Below are positions 29,654-41,750 of a stretch of 64,000 nt of DNA, in pieces (within the stretch, counting starts at the first letter, position 1; the number at the start of each line of letters is the position of its first letter). The stretch is from an uncultured Acidobacteriota bacterium. GTDB lineage: Bacteria > Acidobacteriota > UBA6911. The stretch lies in assembly GCA_963827655.1 (NCBI GenBank), contig CAWHCF010000022.1:192001-256000 (forward strand). The letters run 5' to 3'. The notes beneath the pieces are model-generated. The model had not been told where the DNA came from, ran no database searches, and saw nothing but the letters and a program-made list of their open reading frames with translations. Both the position numbers and the translations under genes were made by a program.

Positions 29654-32614
29654 CTAAAAGTTGAAGCGGAGCGACAACTGCACCTGTCGGGACGTGCCCG
29701 TGCCGACGGTGCGATTGAGGCCCGTGGTTACCAGCCCGAAGCTGGCCGGCGACGTGAAGGTCGTGCCGGGGTTCCCCGCCTGTGTGCGGTTGAACAGGTT
29801 GAACGCATCCATCCGTATAGTGATCGCCTTGTTCTCGGAGACGCGAGTCCTCTTCTGGAGCGAGAAGTCCACCTGGGTGAGCCCGGGTCCGACAGCGATG
29901 GATCGCCCGGCGTTACCCCACGTGCCGTTCGCCGGAATTGCGAACGCAGCCGGATTCAGCCACTGGGCGAAGGTTGGTCCGCCCTGCGGATAAATGGAGA
30001 CACCAGGGACGAGGTCGGGCCGCTGACCTGAGGTATTGCCGTCGGGAACGGCGCCTGAGCTGCGTGCAATCGTTACGGTCAGCATGCGCCCGGTGCGCGC
30101 CGACCAGATGCCGCTCGTCTCCCAGCCGCCGAGGATCTTCGAAAGCGGCCCCGAGGTAAGCATGCGCTGACCGGGGCCAAATGGGAGCTGGTAAATCCAG
30201 TTGGTGGTGATGGTGTGGCGGACATCGGTGTTGCTGTTGCCCCGGTCGCAGGCACGGCACAGCGCGATCTGGGGCTGCGTCCCTTCACCGCCGCCCGTGC
30301 TGTTGTCGTTGATGGAGTGAGACCACATGTACTCGGTCCCCCAGTCCAGGCCGCGCGCGACACGCCGGTACAGAGAAACCTGCAGGGCGTTGAAATTGCT
30401 GCTACCGAAGCCGTTCTTCTCGTCCATGCGACCGAAATTCGGCAGCGGGCGTGTCTTTGTGACAATATCGAGGTTGTTGATGTACGTGCGCGACGTAACC
30501 TTGCTGGCTGAGCTCCCCACGTAGCCGATCTGCGTGACGAAGCTGGCGGGCAAGTCCTGCTGGATCGAGAGGCCCCACTGAACGCTGTACAGGTCGCGGA
30601 TGTCGCGCTGCAAAGAGCGTGGGGTAATGCCGACCGCTTGGGCCAGGGCCAGGAACGGATCCACCGGGTAGGCAAGGCCGGGCGCTTCTGCGGCGGTCAG
30701 AGAGTAGTTGTCGGACACGTTGTCCAGGGCGGCGTTCTTGTCGTCAATCTGGCCGGGGCCGTGATAGACGCCGATGCCGGTGCGTATCACCGTCTTGCCC
30801 CGCAGCGCCTTGGGCGCCCAGGCAATGCCGAGACGCGGGTCGAAGTTATTGCGGTCCGGGAAATACCAGGGAGTCCCATGCGGGCAGAAGCCGCCGCACG
30901 CGAGGTCGAACACCCGGTAGCGGTCCTTCACCTCGCGGTTCACCCCGTAGTACTCGTAGCGCAGGCCGAGATTCAGGGTGAGGTCGGGCGTCACCTTGAA
31001 GTCATCCTGCACATAGGTGAAGAAGTACCACTTGCGAGTACCAAGCACGGGATCGCCGCTGCCGATGGCGACGCGGTCCACCTTGTTGGCGAGCAGGTCG
31101 TCGCGGCTGGCGTAGGTGATAGAGATCGACCGGAAGGCGGGATCGGCCACGTTGACGTGAGCGCGGCGAATTTCACCGCCGAACTTCAGATTGTGGCGGC
31201 CGCGGGTGATTACCAGGTTGTCGAGAAGCGAATAGGAAGTCCCGGTCTCGACCAGTAGATTCGAGCTGTTCAGCGTGGTGAAGCCGGAGACGGCGATCGA
31301 TTCGTCAAACGGGGCGAAAGTGTAGCGATTGAGAGCCGACCTGTTGAAGCCCACCTTCACCTCGTTAACCAAGGTTGGCGTGAAGACCCGCTGCCACTGC
31401 ATGGCGTAGTTTGAGGGCCGGAAGAAACTCTCCTCCCGATCGCCCTCGATTATCGTGCGCGGATTAATGATCGTGCCGTCGTCGAAGTTGTAGCGCGCGT
31501 AGAAGGTGTTACGCTCGTTGAACTGATGGTCCACCCGCACGGTGAACGCATTCTCATCCCAGACCTGACTGACGTCACCGAGCGCCCGGTCGACATCGGC
31601 GTTGGAGGTCCGCTCGGTGCCCAAGGGATAGGCTTCCACGATAGGCCGGATGTTCGGATCGGTGGCGCGAGCGCGGAAGGACGCGCTGGGCACGTCGTTG
31701 CGGAAGGTCTGGCTGACCCGCTGGCGGAGACCTTCGTAATTGGCGAAGAAGAAGGTGCGGTTCTTCACAATCGGGCCGCCGATATTGCCGCCAAACTGGT
31801 TCAGTCGAAACGGCTGCTTCGTGGTGTCGAACGGGTTGCGGGCGTCGAGCACATCGTTGCGGAGAAATTCGAAGACGCTCCCGTGGAACTCGTTTGAGCC
31901 CGATTTAGAGACGATGTTGACCTGGGCGCCCGCGCCTCCACCCGATTCGGCCGAATAGAGGGTGGAGTTGACCCGGAACTCGGCGATTGAATCGCTGCTG
32001 ATAACCAGGCGCAGGGCGGCCTCCTGGCGCGGGTCCTTGACCCCGGTGGCGTCAAGGCCATCCAAGGTCCAGTAGTTGTCATCGCGGGCCCGCCCGACGA
32101 AGCGGATGCTCTGCTGGTTTCCCTCGCCGGTGTTGATCGCGCCAGGCGCCAGCAACATGAGGGTGGCCCAATGCCGCCCATTCACAGGGATATCGCTGAT
32201 CTGCTGCCCGCCGATGACGGTCCCGACCACCGCCGACGTCCTATCCAGGGGCTCGAGAACGCTCTCGACCGTGACCTGCGTATCCGTCGCGCTCACCGTC
32301 ATTTCGATGTTCAGATTCCGGTTGTCGCCGACGCCTAACCGAACGTCTCTAATCGTTACCGACCTGAACCCTGTCATGCTGGCGGTGATGGAATACGCGC
32401 CGACAGGAACCAGCGAGAAGGAGTAGGTGCCGATAACGCTGCTCAGAGCCTCGCGACGCCATCCTGTTTCCTGCGAAACCAGCTCCACCTTCGCACCCGG
32501 GACGACCGCCCCGGAAGCATCCTTGACCGTCCCTGCGAGTGAGGCGCGGTCCACCTGGGCCCAGGCCGGATAGGCTGCCAACAGCACGAGTAATACAAGC
32601 GCTTTTGCTTTCAT
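29654..32614 (-). CDS. TonB-dependent receptor (Oar-like, N-terminal carboxypeptidase-regulatory-like domain)
   Basis: Signal peptide, GTVKDASGAVVPGA, SKSGSNEFHGS.FEF.RN, LNLGLRYEY, C-terminal RQVQLSLRFNF. Confidence 0.93.
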   Translation of the reverse strand: MKAKALVLLVLLAAYPAWAQVDRASLAGTVKDASGAVVPGAKVELVSQETGWRREALSSVIGTYSFSLVPVGAYSITASMTGFRSVTIRDVRLGVGDNRNLNIEMTVSATDTQVTVESVLEPLDRTSAVVGTVIGGQQISDIPVNGRHWATLMLLAPGAINTGEGNQQSIRFVGRARDDNYWTLDGLDATGVKDPRQEAALRLVISSDSIAEFRVNSTLYSAESGGGAGAQVNIVSKSGSNEFHGSVFEFLRNDVLDARNPFDTTKQPFRLNQFGGNIGGPIVKNRTFFFANYEGLRQRVSQTFRNDVPSASFRARATDPNIRPIVEAYPLGTERTSNADVDRALGDVSQVWDENAFTVRVDHQFNERNTFYARYNFDDGTIINPRTIIEGDREESFFRPSNYAMQWQRVFTPTLVNEVKVGFNRSALNRYTFAPFDESIAVSGFTTLNSSNLLVETGTSYSLLDNLVITRGRHNLKFGGEIRRAHVNVADPAFRSISITYASRDDLLANKVDRVAIGSGDPVLGTRKWYFFTYVQDDFKVTPDLTLNLGLRYEYYGVNREVKDRYRVFDLACGGFCPHGTPWYFPDRNNFDPRLGIAWAPKALRGKTVIRTGIGVYHGPGQIDDKNAALDNVSDNYSLTAAEAPGLAYPVDPFLALAQAVGITPRSLQRDIRDLYSVQWGLSIQQDLPASFVTQIGYVGSSASKVTSRTYINNLDIVTKTRPLPNFGRMDEKNGFGSSNFNALQVSLYRRVARGLDWGTEYMWSHSINDNSTGGGEGTQPQIALCRACDRGNSNTDVRHTITTNWIYQLPFGPGQRMLTSGPLSKILGGWETSGIWSARTGRMLTVTIARSSGAVPDGNTSGQRPDLVPGVSIYPQGGPTFAQWLNPAAFAIPANGTWGNAGRSIAVGPGLTQVDFSLQKRTRVSENKAITIRMDAFNLFNRTQAGNPGTTFTSPASFGLVTTGLNRTVGTGTSRQVQLSLRFNF

Positions 32615-33265
32615 GAGGGAGATCTCCTGTCGAAACGCTGCCCCGGACTACCGGGAAAAGACGCCCCGAGCAGCGGCTTTCGGTTCACCTATTCGAAGCG
32701 AGCGGCCGTGTCCTTAAGACAAAGAGCCGGTGATCGAACTGCTCACACACCTACTTTTTCGTAAGCGCGCACCGATAGCCAGGGATCTGATTGTTTTGCG
32801 CGAAAAATATTTCTTTTCTGTGACGACAACTAGAATTTTTCGCGTCGCCGCCTTCGACCCCGAATGCGGATGGATACAGGTTTTACCGCCAGAAAGAATA
32901 CGAGAGAGCTGTCTGCCAGGAGAGGATTGCTCGGCCCCGGGGATTGGAGGGGAATCAGGCGGATGAGTAGGTAAACCCGGGTGAATTTCTCCGTGGAGGT
33001 TGACCCGCGCTAGCATTGGGGGCATTCGGGTTTCTCTGAATCTGCGGACAGCTTACAGAATCAACGTGGCATGCAATCGGATTTGAGCGGAAGCCTCTCG
33101 ATTTCGGATCAAGCCGGGGCCGATTTCGCAGACTCCTCGCTGTGATGCTTGCCCGTTAGCGCTTCAAAGGATCAAGAAAGTTGCGTTTCGGTGCGGGTGG
33201 GAGAATAGCATAAGTTCGCCCGGATGGTCTGCCGAGATTTATCTCGGCGGCTGGGTCGTGCACCC

Positions 33266-33364
33266 ATTTACGATTGACGATTGACGATTGACGATTGACG
33301 ATTTCGGAAGCTGGTTCCCGCTCATTTCAATCGTCAATCGTCAATCGTCAATCGTCAATCAATC
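33266..33364. repeat. Heptamer inverted-repeat element A, (ATTKACG)5-spacer-(CAATCGT)4
   Basis: Directly visible; the ADOP4 stop codon lies in the right arm. Confidence 0.95.
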
Positions 33365-36050
33365 ATGGCGCAGAGCCACCAGCGGATCCACCCTCGAGGC
33401 CCTTCGCGCCGGCAGATAACCCGCAAGGAGAGCGACGGCGGCCATCACCACCGTGGCTGCCGAGATCGTCGCCGGGTCGCCTGGCGTCAGTCCATACATT
33501 TGACTGGAGATCACGCGCCCGGCCGCCAGGGCGGCCGGAACCCCAAGGGCGGCGCCGATGAGCACGAGCACAAGCGTGTCCCACAACAAAAGCCGGAGCA
33601 CGCTGCCACGACCGGCGCCGAGCGCCATTCGTATGCCGATCTCGCCGGTCCGTCGCGTTACCGTATACGACATGACGCCATAGAGGCCGATCGAGGCAAG
33701 CAGCAGAGCCAGAAAACCGAAGGAACTTGAAAGCGTGACAAACAGGCGCTCGGCAAAAAGAGACTGATCAACCTGTTCCTCCAGCGTTCGGATGTCAAAA
33801 ACCGCCAGGTTCCTGTCGACTGCTTGTATCTCGCGTCGAACGGCGGAGACCAGAGCCGTCGGGTCGCCCGCGGTGCGCACGTGGAGTTTCAGATCGCCGA
33901 GCGGCATCGGAGACTGCAGGTACGGAACATAGACCATGGGAGGCGTCTCTTCCCGCACGCTGTTGTACTTCGTGTCCTTTACGACGCCGACAATCTCCAG
34001 GCTGGCCGGCGTCTGAGACCTCGTAATCCCAATCCGCCTTCCGACTGGATTCGCGCTGCCGAAATACTTGCGCGCCAGAGCCTCACTGACGACCGCTACC
34101 TTCGCCGACTTCTCGTTATCCTCCGGCCCGAACTCGCGCCCCATCAACACGGGAACGCCCATCGTTTGGAAGAACTTCGGTCCTACCAGGTTGGCGCCAG
34201 TCGCGATGTTTTCATCCCTACCTGGGGCGTATCCCTGAACCATCAGATTCGTTCGCCAGGAACCGCGAGTCAGCAGACTGAACCGCGCGATGCTGGCCAC
34301 GCGCACGCCGGGAATGGCATCGATCCGTTCGAGCAGGCGCCGGTACAGTTCCGCAAATTGCGAATTCTGGTAGCCGGCCAACGCGGGGCTGACCGTCAAT
34401 ACCAGGACGTTATCCCGATGGAATCCCACATCCACGCCCTTGAGATTCTGAAGGGTTCGTATCAACAGTCCAGCGCCTACGATCAGGATCAAAGAGACCG
34501 CGACCTGCAAGACGACGAGCGCTTTGCCCAGCCGAAGACGAGACATCCCAGCCAGAGTATGGGTCTGGTCTTTGATCGTGGTATTGACGTCCACTTTCGT
34601 CGCCTGAAGTGCGGGAGCCAACCCAAACAGAAGTCCGGTGAGTAAAGACACTAGCGAGGTAAATGCGAGTATGCGAGTGCTGGACTCGAACCTGATAACC
34701 AAAGGGAGCCCTTCGGACATCAGCAGCGAAGCCAAAACCCTGGTTCCCCAGGCAGCAAGGGCAAGGCCGAGCACTCCGCCGATCAATCCAAGGAGCACAC
34801 TTTCGGTCATCAGCTGCCGGACGAGACGCAAACGGCCGGCTCCCAAAGCGATGCGCACGCCGATCTCCTTCCTCCGGGAAACGGAGCGCGCGAGTTGCAA
34901 GCCGGCGACGTTCGCACAGGCAATCAGCAAAACCAGACCCACCACTGCCATCACCACCATGAGCGGCGTAGAGACCTGACGACGTATGGTTCCCAGTCCT
35001 CTTCCGGCCGGATCGAGCTCGATTCGACGCTGGTCCTCCGGCCTCTCCCGGGCTCGAGTCGGATCGCCGTCCCTCATCTCGGCCAGTGCGTGCCGATACG
35101 CCAGGTTGAGACCAGCCTGCGACTGTTCCCTGGGCACTGCCGGATCCAACCGGGCCACGACCTCCAGCCACCAGTAACCAGGATTATTCAGCGCCGGCAC
35201 GTCGAACTCCCCTTGCATCATCATGGGAACCCAGAAATCCGTGGCGTCGCCAACCTGGATGCCGAAAAAATCTGGCGGCGTCACTCCAATGATCGCGAAC
35301 GGCTTTGCGTTGAGCGCGATTCCCTTTCCCACCACCGCCGGGTCGAGCGCAAACCTCCGTTTCCAGTATCCATGGCTGATCACGGCTACCGGGTGTCCTC
35401 CGGGCACGCGATCGTCGTCCGCAGTGAAAGTGCGGCCGATCACCGGCTGGACGCCGAGGACGGTGAAAAAGCTTCCGGAGACGAGCTGCCCGCGGGCAAG
35501 CTCCGCCTGGCCATCGGCGGTTACGTTCAGCCGGAGCCCTGCAGACGCGAACATACCCCGGACGAGCTGCCGATCCCGCAGCCGCTCAAACGCAGGGTAG
35601 GAAAAGGCGGCGTTGGGTCTCCGGTCCTTGGGACTTACGTTCATGATCTGAACCAGCTCGCCCGGATCTTTGACCGGCAGCATCCTCAGCAGAACGGTAT
35701 CGATCACCGTGAAGATGGCGGTGTTGGCGCCAATACCGAGCGCCAGCGACAGCACCGCCGTGGCCGTGAATCCCGGGCTGCGCCTCAACATCCGGAACCC
35801 GTATTGCAAATCCTGAAACAGCTCTTCCAGCCAACGAAGCCCCCACATCTCGCGACTGACTTCTTGCAGTAAGGTTGGATTGCCAAATCCGCGCAAGGCG
35901 GTGTGACGCGCGTCATTCGCGAGACATGCCGGCTTCAAGGTTTTCCTGCGCCTTCATCTCGAGGTGGAAGCGCATCTCTTCGTCCAGCTCGCGGTCGAAT
36001 CGATCCCGTCGGACCAGAACCAGAAGTCTTTTCCAGAGGGTCTGGAACAT
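33359..36050 (-). CDS. ADOP-type duplicated MacB/FtsX ABC permease 4 (frameshift near 35920)
   Basis: Starts MFQTLWKRL...[14 protein letters not shown]; [31 protein letters not shown]; ends RVDPLVALRHD. Confidence 0.92.
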
Positions 36051-36059
36051 CGTGCACCC

Positions 36060-36148
36060 ATTGACGATTTACGATTTACGATTGACGATTTCAGAAGCTG
36101 GTTCCCGTTCTTTTCAATCGTCAATCGTAAATCGTAAATCGTCAATCA
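36060..36148. repeat. Heptamer inverted-repeat element B
   Basis: (ATTKACG)4, spacer GAAGCTGGTTCCCGTTC, inverted arm; spacer and left flank are shared with element A. Confidence 0.95.
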
Positions 36149-38858
36149 TTCATACCTCAGTGCCGCCATTGGATCGATCCGCGAGGCCCTTCGGGCGGGC
36201 AGATACCCCGAGAGAATTGCCACCCCAAGCATCAGCAGGGTCGCCAGCACGATGCTTACCGAATCCGTCGGCTTCAAACCATAGAGGAAAGCTTCAATCA
36301 ATCGGGCCGAAGCCAGAGCCAAAGGGATACCGACTGCAATGCCGGCGCCTGCGAGAATCAAGACTTCGCGGATCACGAGCCACAGGACACCGGATTGCCG
36401 CGCTCCAAGCGCCATCCGAAGGCCGATTTCTCTGGTTCGTCGCACGACCGTGTAGGACATGATTCCGTATAGACCAATGCAGGCCATGAAGACGGCAAGC
36501 AGTCCGAACAAGCTGCATAACTTCGAGAGCAGCCGCTCGCGAACCAGTGATTGATTTACCTGGTCGTCCAGGGTCTTGAATGGCCCGATCTCGATATCGG
36601 GATGAGACTCGCGCAAGACCTGTCTGACCAGACCCGCCAGGGCAAGCGGGTTTTCAGAGGTCCGGACTTCGACCGAATTGAACTGGCTGGTTGTCTGGAA
36701 CAGGGGCAGATAGAACATACTGCGCGCCTCTTGCCTGAGGTCGTTGTACTTCGAGTCCTTCACGACACCCACGATCTCGACGGCCTGGCCTGGATCAAAC
36801 TGAGGTTTCGTCGAGATCCGGCGGCCCAGAGGGTTCTCGCCCGGAAAGAAAGTCCGCGAGAAAGTCTCGTTAACAATTGCGACCTTGGTCGAAGCCGCCG
36901 TGTCATGATTGGTAAAGCCCCGCCCAGTCAGCAGCGCCATCCCAACGGTGGCGAAGTATTTCGGCGACACGATATTGATTCGCGCGCCTAGCTCGGGCCC
37001 GGGCGGAGGTGTGTATCCTTCGATGGAAAGCGAGTTGACCAATTGGCCGCCGGCGAACAGGCCGATCAGCGAGAGGCTGGCCGAACGCACGCCTGGAATC
37101 TCGTGAAGTCGCTCCTCGAGCCGCCGGTACAGGCTGCTTCGCTGCTCGGATGGAACCGGGTGCATCTCCATATCGACCAGCAGGACGTTCGTCCGGTCGA
37201 AACCCACTTCGATACCCCGCAGGTTGTGAAGACTTCGAAGCAATAGTCCCGCGCCAACCAGAAGCAGGAGCGAAAGCGCGACCTGAGAGACAATCAGGAC
37301 TCTGCTGAAACGCTGCGACCGGCCGCCGGCGACCTGGCTATGAGAAACCGCGCTCAAAGACGGCATCACGTTTACCGCCGTCGCGCGGAAGGCAGGAACA
37401 AGGCCGAACAAAAGGCCGGTCATGGTCGAGACCAGCAGCGTGAACCACAGAACGCGAATGTCCGGACCAGCGTCCAGGACCAGCGAACCCGACGAATCAG
37501 AAATGAGGCTGACCAGCAGCGCGCTTCCGTATGCTGAAACGACGAGCCCCAGGGCTCCACCCAGGAGAGATATCAGCAGGCTTTCGGTGAGCAGCTGTCG
37601 CACGAGACGACCTCTTCCCGCACCAATAGCCAGACGCACCCCGATCTCCTTTTGCCGATAGGATGCGCGCGCCATCAGCAGATTGGCAATGTTGCAACAG
37701 GCAATCAGCAATACGACTCCGACGGTGAGCATCAGAATCTGCAACGGTCTCGAGAATCTCCGTCGAAGATAATCCAGTCCCCTGCTCCCGCTTTCAAAGT
37801 GCAGCGTGTAGTCGGTGACCTGGTGCTCCCGGCGAACGCTGGTTTGACCTCCCGCTGCTATCTCTTCAGCCAGTAACTGCTGATACAGGACCTTCATTGC
37901 CGCCAGGGCTTGCGCCTCGTTCACTCCCGGCTTCATTCGGCCGATTACCTGAATGAAGCTGCCGGTGATCCGTTTCAGAGACCCCGCCGGTATCCCATGG
38001 ACGATTGGAAGCCAGACCTCGGGCGACTCGCCTGCCGTGTCGCCAAAGAACTCGGGCGGCGCGACCCCCACAATCGTGAAAACCCGCTCTATAGCGTCTG
38101 GAGCGTAGCCGACCGTTGTGAGGAGACTCTGGCCAATGACGCCTGGATCACGGCCAAACTGGCGCTCCCAAAAACCATAGCTGATCACCGCAGCGGGCGC
38201 CGACTGCCCATCTTCATCGAAGGAAGAGAAAGTGCGTCCAATGTGAGCATTGATTCCGAGCACGAAAAAGTAGTTGGCAGACACGCGGGCGGTGCGGACA
38301 TGATCGAGTTGCGCGCCCGAACCAATAAGCGTGAAGCGCTTGTGCCCCTGTCCGCTGGTCGCCATCACTCCCGAAAACACTTGCTGGCGCGCCGCGAGCT
38401 GTCGATACAGAGGATAGGAGATGTACCAGGGCCCCCCTTTCTGCCGGGTGGTAAGGACAATCAACTGCTCCGGATTTGGGCACCGGGAGAGTCCGGATCA
38501 AGACCGCATTGATCAGGCTGAAGATTGCCGTGTTCGCCCCGATGCCCAGGGCTAGCGAGAGCACAGCCACCGTAGCAAAACCGGGACTGCGACGGAGCAT
38601 GCGCGCGCCGTAGCGGAGATCTTGAAGCAGCGATTCCAGCCAGCCCAGACCCCAGGTCTCGTGACTGATTTCCATCAGGCGGGTGGTGTTGCCAAACCGG
38701 CGCTGCGCCGCATATCGCGCGTCATCGGGAGATGCTCCGGATTCGAGGTTTTGCTGCGTCTTCATCTCGAGGTGAAAGCGCATCTCCTCGTCCAACTCGC
38801 GATCGAATCGGTCGCGTCGAATCAGATAATGGAGTTTCTTCCACAGGGTATCGAACAT
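36146..38858 (-). CDS. ADOP-type permease 3 (frameshift near 38475)
   Basis: MFDTLWKKL... to ...[11 protein letters not shown], with the same ADOP motifs. Confidence 0.92.
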
Positions 38859-38868
38859 CTATGTACTC

Positions 38869-38950
38869 ATTGACGATTTACGATTGACGATTGACGACCT
38901 GGGCTGCTGTCTTTTCAATCGTCAATCGTCAATCGTCAATCATTTGTCAT
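38869..38950. repeat. Heptamer inverted-repeat element C
   Basis: (ATTKACG)4, spacer, (CAATCGT)3, then CATTTGTCATT. Confidence 0.95.
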
Positions 38951-41652
38951 TCATGGCGCAGTGCGACCATCGGATCGACGCGGGATGCTCTTCTCGCCGG
39001 GAGGTAGCCTGCCAGCGCAGCAACCGCGACCATCAGCAATGCCGCCACGGCGATTGTGCCCGGGTCGCTCGGCGTAAGCCCAAACAGGAAGCTCGAGATT
39101 AATTGCGTGCCGGCGAGCGCCGCCGGAATTCCCATCGCAACCCCGATCAATACCAGGACCAGGACCTCACGCAGAATCAACCAGAGCACGTCCCGGCGCT
39201 CGGCGCCAAGCGCCATGCGAAGACCAATCTCGCCGGTTCTTCGTGTCACGGAGTACGCCATCAGGCCGTAGAGGCCGACGCACGAGAGCGCGACTGCAAG
39301 CAGGCCGAATGCGCTCGAAAGCTTGGCAAACAAACGTTCCTGGATAAGACTCGAATCCACCTGGTCGGCCAGCGTCGTGACCTCGAGTACGGGCAGATTC
39401 TTGTCAACCGCCTGGATCGCTTGACGGATCGAACCCGCCAGGGCGCTCGGGATTCCTGCCGTGCGCACCTCCAGCTCGGTCAGGGGAGCCAGGGACTGGA
39501 GGAACGGAAGATAAGTCATCGGTCGAGGCTCCTCACGCAGGCTGGTGTACTTCGCGTCTCTGACCACGCCCACGATCTCGATCTTGCCGCTGTTCTCGGG
39601 GCCGCCCAAACCGAATCTTCTTCCGATAGCGTTCTCGCTGCCGAAATAACGGCGCGCCATGCTTTCATTAACAACCGCGACCTTGGGCGCATTCTCGTTG
39701 TCATGCGGGGTGAACGCACGGCCCAGCACGGAGGGACATTCCCATAGTTTCGAAGTACGTTCGGCCCCACTGCGTTGGCAAAGGTATGCAGGGTCTCGTT
39801 CGGCCTGGGTGTGTAACCCTGCACCGAGATCTTGTTGCCCCAGGAGCCGCCGCCGAACAATCCCATAAAAGACAGGCTGGCCGAGCGGACACCCTGGACC
39901 GCTGCCACACGCTCGAGGAGTTGGGTGTAGAGATTCGCCAGGCGGACATCCTTATAGCCGGTCGCCCGGGCATCGATTCTCAATAGCAGAACGTTCTCCC
40001 GGTTGAAGCCTGGGTCCAGGCTTTTCAATTTCTGAAGGCTGCGCACAAAGAGGCCGGCCCCGACCAGCAGCAACAGGGAGAGCGCGACTTGCGCGACCAC
40101 GAGAGCCTTGCCCAGCCGTTGTTTCGACCGGCCGGCAGTCACAGTCCGCGCGTCCTCTTTGAGTGCGGGCGCGAGCTCGCCCTGTGTTGCGCGAAGGGCC
40201 GGCACCAGGCCAAACGTGATTCCGGCGAGCAGCGAAACCGTGAAAGTGAAAGCAAACACCCGAAGATTGGGATCGGTATCGAGTGGTGGGGGAGTGGGAC
40301 CCTGGGAGACAAGGGCAATCAGGATGCTCGCTCCCCAATAAGCAGAAAGCAGGCCGAGAGCCCCACCGATCAAGCTCATCAATACGCTCTCAGTAATGAA
40401 TTGCCGGACCAGGCGCATGCGACTCGCACCCAGGGCGAGCCGGACGCCCATCTCTCTCTGGCGGGCCGTCGAGCGCGCCAGCATCATGGAGGAGACGTTG
40501 GCGCAGGCAATCAGCAGCACCACGCCGACCACGGCCATCAGAATCTTCAGCGGCTGCGAAAACCTTTCGCGCAGTTCGGAAAACCCCGCGCTCCCCGGCG
40601 CAAGCTCGATTCTCTGTTCGAGAACCTGCTGCCGCCACCGAGGGTTCTCCATGCCGGCAACCGTTTGGGCCTGGATGTCGCCCGAAGACCAGAGCGGCGC
40701 TCGCCTGCGCCTGCTCGACGGTTACGCCCGGTTTCAACCGACCCATGATCTGCAGCCACGTGACACTGTGGCCTTTCCATAGCCAGCTGGGTGCCCGCGG
40801 CGCCATCGTGAGCGGCATCCAGAGATCGGGAGACTCGCCCACGGACTCACCGAAGAACTCCGGCGGCGCCACCCCAATGATGGTGAATAAGGTGTCCTGC
40901 GCCGTGAATGTTTTCCCCACTACGTGCGGGTCGCCCCCAAACCTTCGCTGCCAGTAGCCATAGCTGATCACGGCCAGGGGCTGCTCGCCGGGAACCCGGG
41001 CTTCATCGGCTGTGAACGTACGTCCAACGATGGCGTCGACCCCCAGCACGGAAAAATAATTACCGGAAACCAGTCTTCTCTCGACCAACTCCGCCTGGGG
41101 CTCTCCCGGGCCGCCTATTACGATATTCACCTTCTGCACCGAACTTGATGCCAACGCGCCCGCGAAGCTCTCCGTCTGATCGCGAAAGTCTTTGTAAGCG
41201 GTATAGGAGAACATCCTGTCTCGCCCACCCGCGGAGACGCTGCTGATGGTGACCAGCTGTTGCGGATTCTTGACCGGCAGCTTTTCGAGGAGCAGCGCGT
41301 CGATCAGGCTGAAGATGGCGGTATTGGCGCCGATGCCGAGCGCCAGCGAGAGCACGGCCGCCGCGGTGAAGCCGGGGCTGCGGCGCAGCATGCGAAGGCC
41401 GTAGCGCAGGTCTTGCAACAGGGACTCGACTGAAGAAGAAAACCAGACTTCGCGACTGGTTTCTCGCAGCAGAGGCTGATTGCCGAACCGACGCATCGCG
41501 GAATAGTGCGCCTCTTCCGGGGGCATACCTGCGTCGAGATTCTCCCTGGTCTTCATCGCAAGATGGAACTGCATCTCTTCGTCCAGCTCGCGGTCGAATC
41601 GGTTTCGGCGAAAAAGAAACAGGAGTTTTTTCCAAAGGATATCGAACATCAT
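38947..41652 (-). CDS. ADOP-type permease 2 (frameshifts near 40690 and 39750)
   Basis: MMFDILWKKL... to ...RVDPMVALRHE over three ORFs. Confidence 0.9.
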
Positions 41653-41657
41653 GTTAT

Positions 41658-41748
41658 CGATTGACGATTGACGATTGACAATTGACGATTGAAGCTACCG
41701 GTTGTCATGGTTTCAAATCGTCAATCGTCAATCGTAAATCGTCAATCG
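41658..41748. repeat. Heptamer inverted-repeat element D
   Basis: Four ATTGACG-like units, spacer GAAGCTACCGGTTGTCATGGTTTC, inverted arm. Confidence 0.95.
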
Positions 41749-41750
41749 CC

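Noticed and set aside
32615-33260. Cobalamin or other riboswitch upstream of the TonB receptor
   Set aside because: No B12-box or other recognisable motif by eye; an Rfam scan would be needed to exclude it.
5924-35872. Long antisense or alternate-frame ORFs (for example 5924-6820, 11029-11940, 12451-13356, 19382-20593, 34895-35872)
   Set aside because: They are shadows of real genes in GC-rich DNA, with no recognisable motifs.
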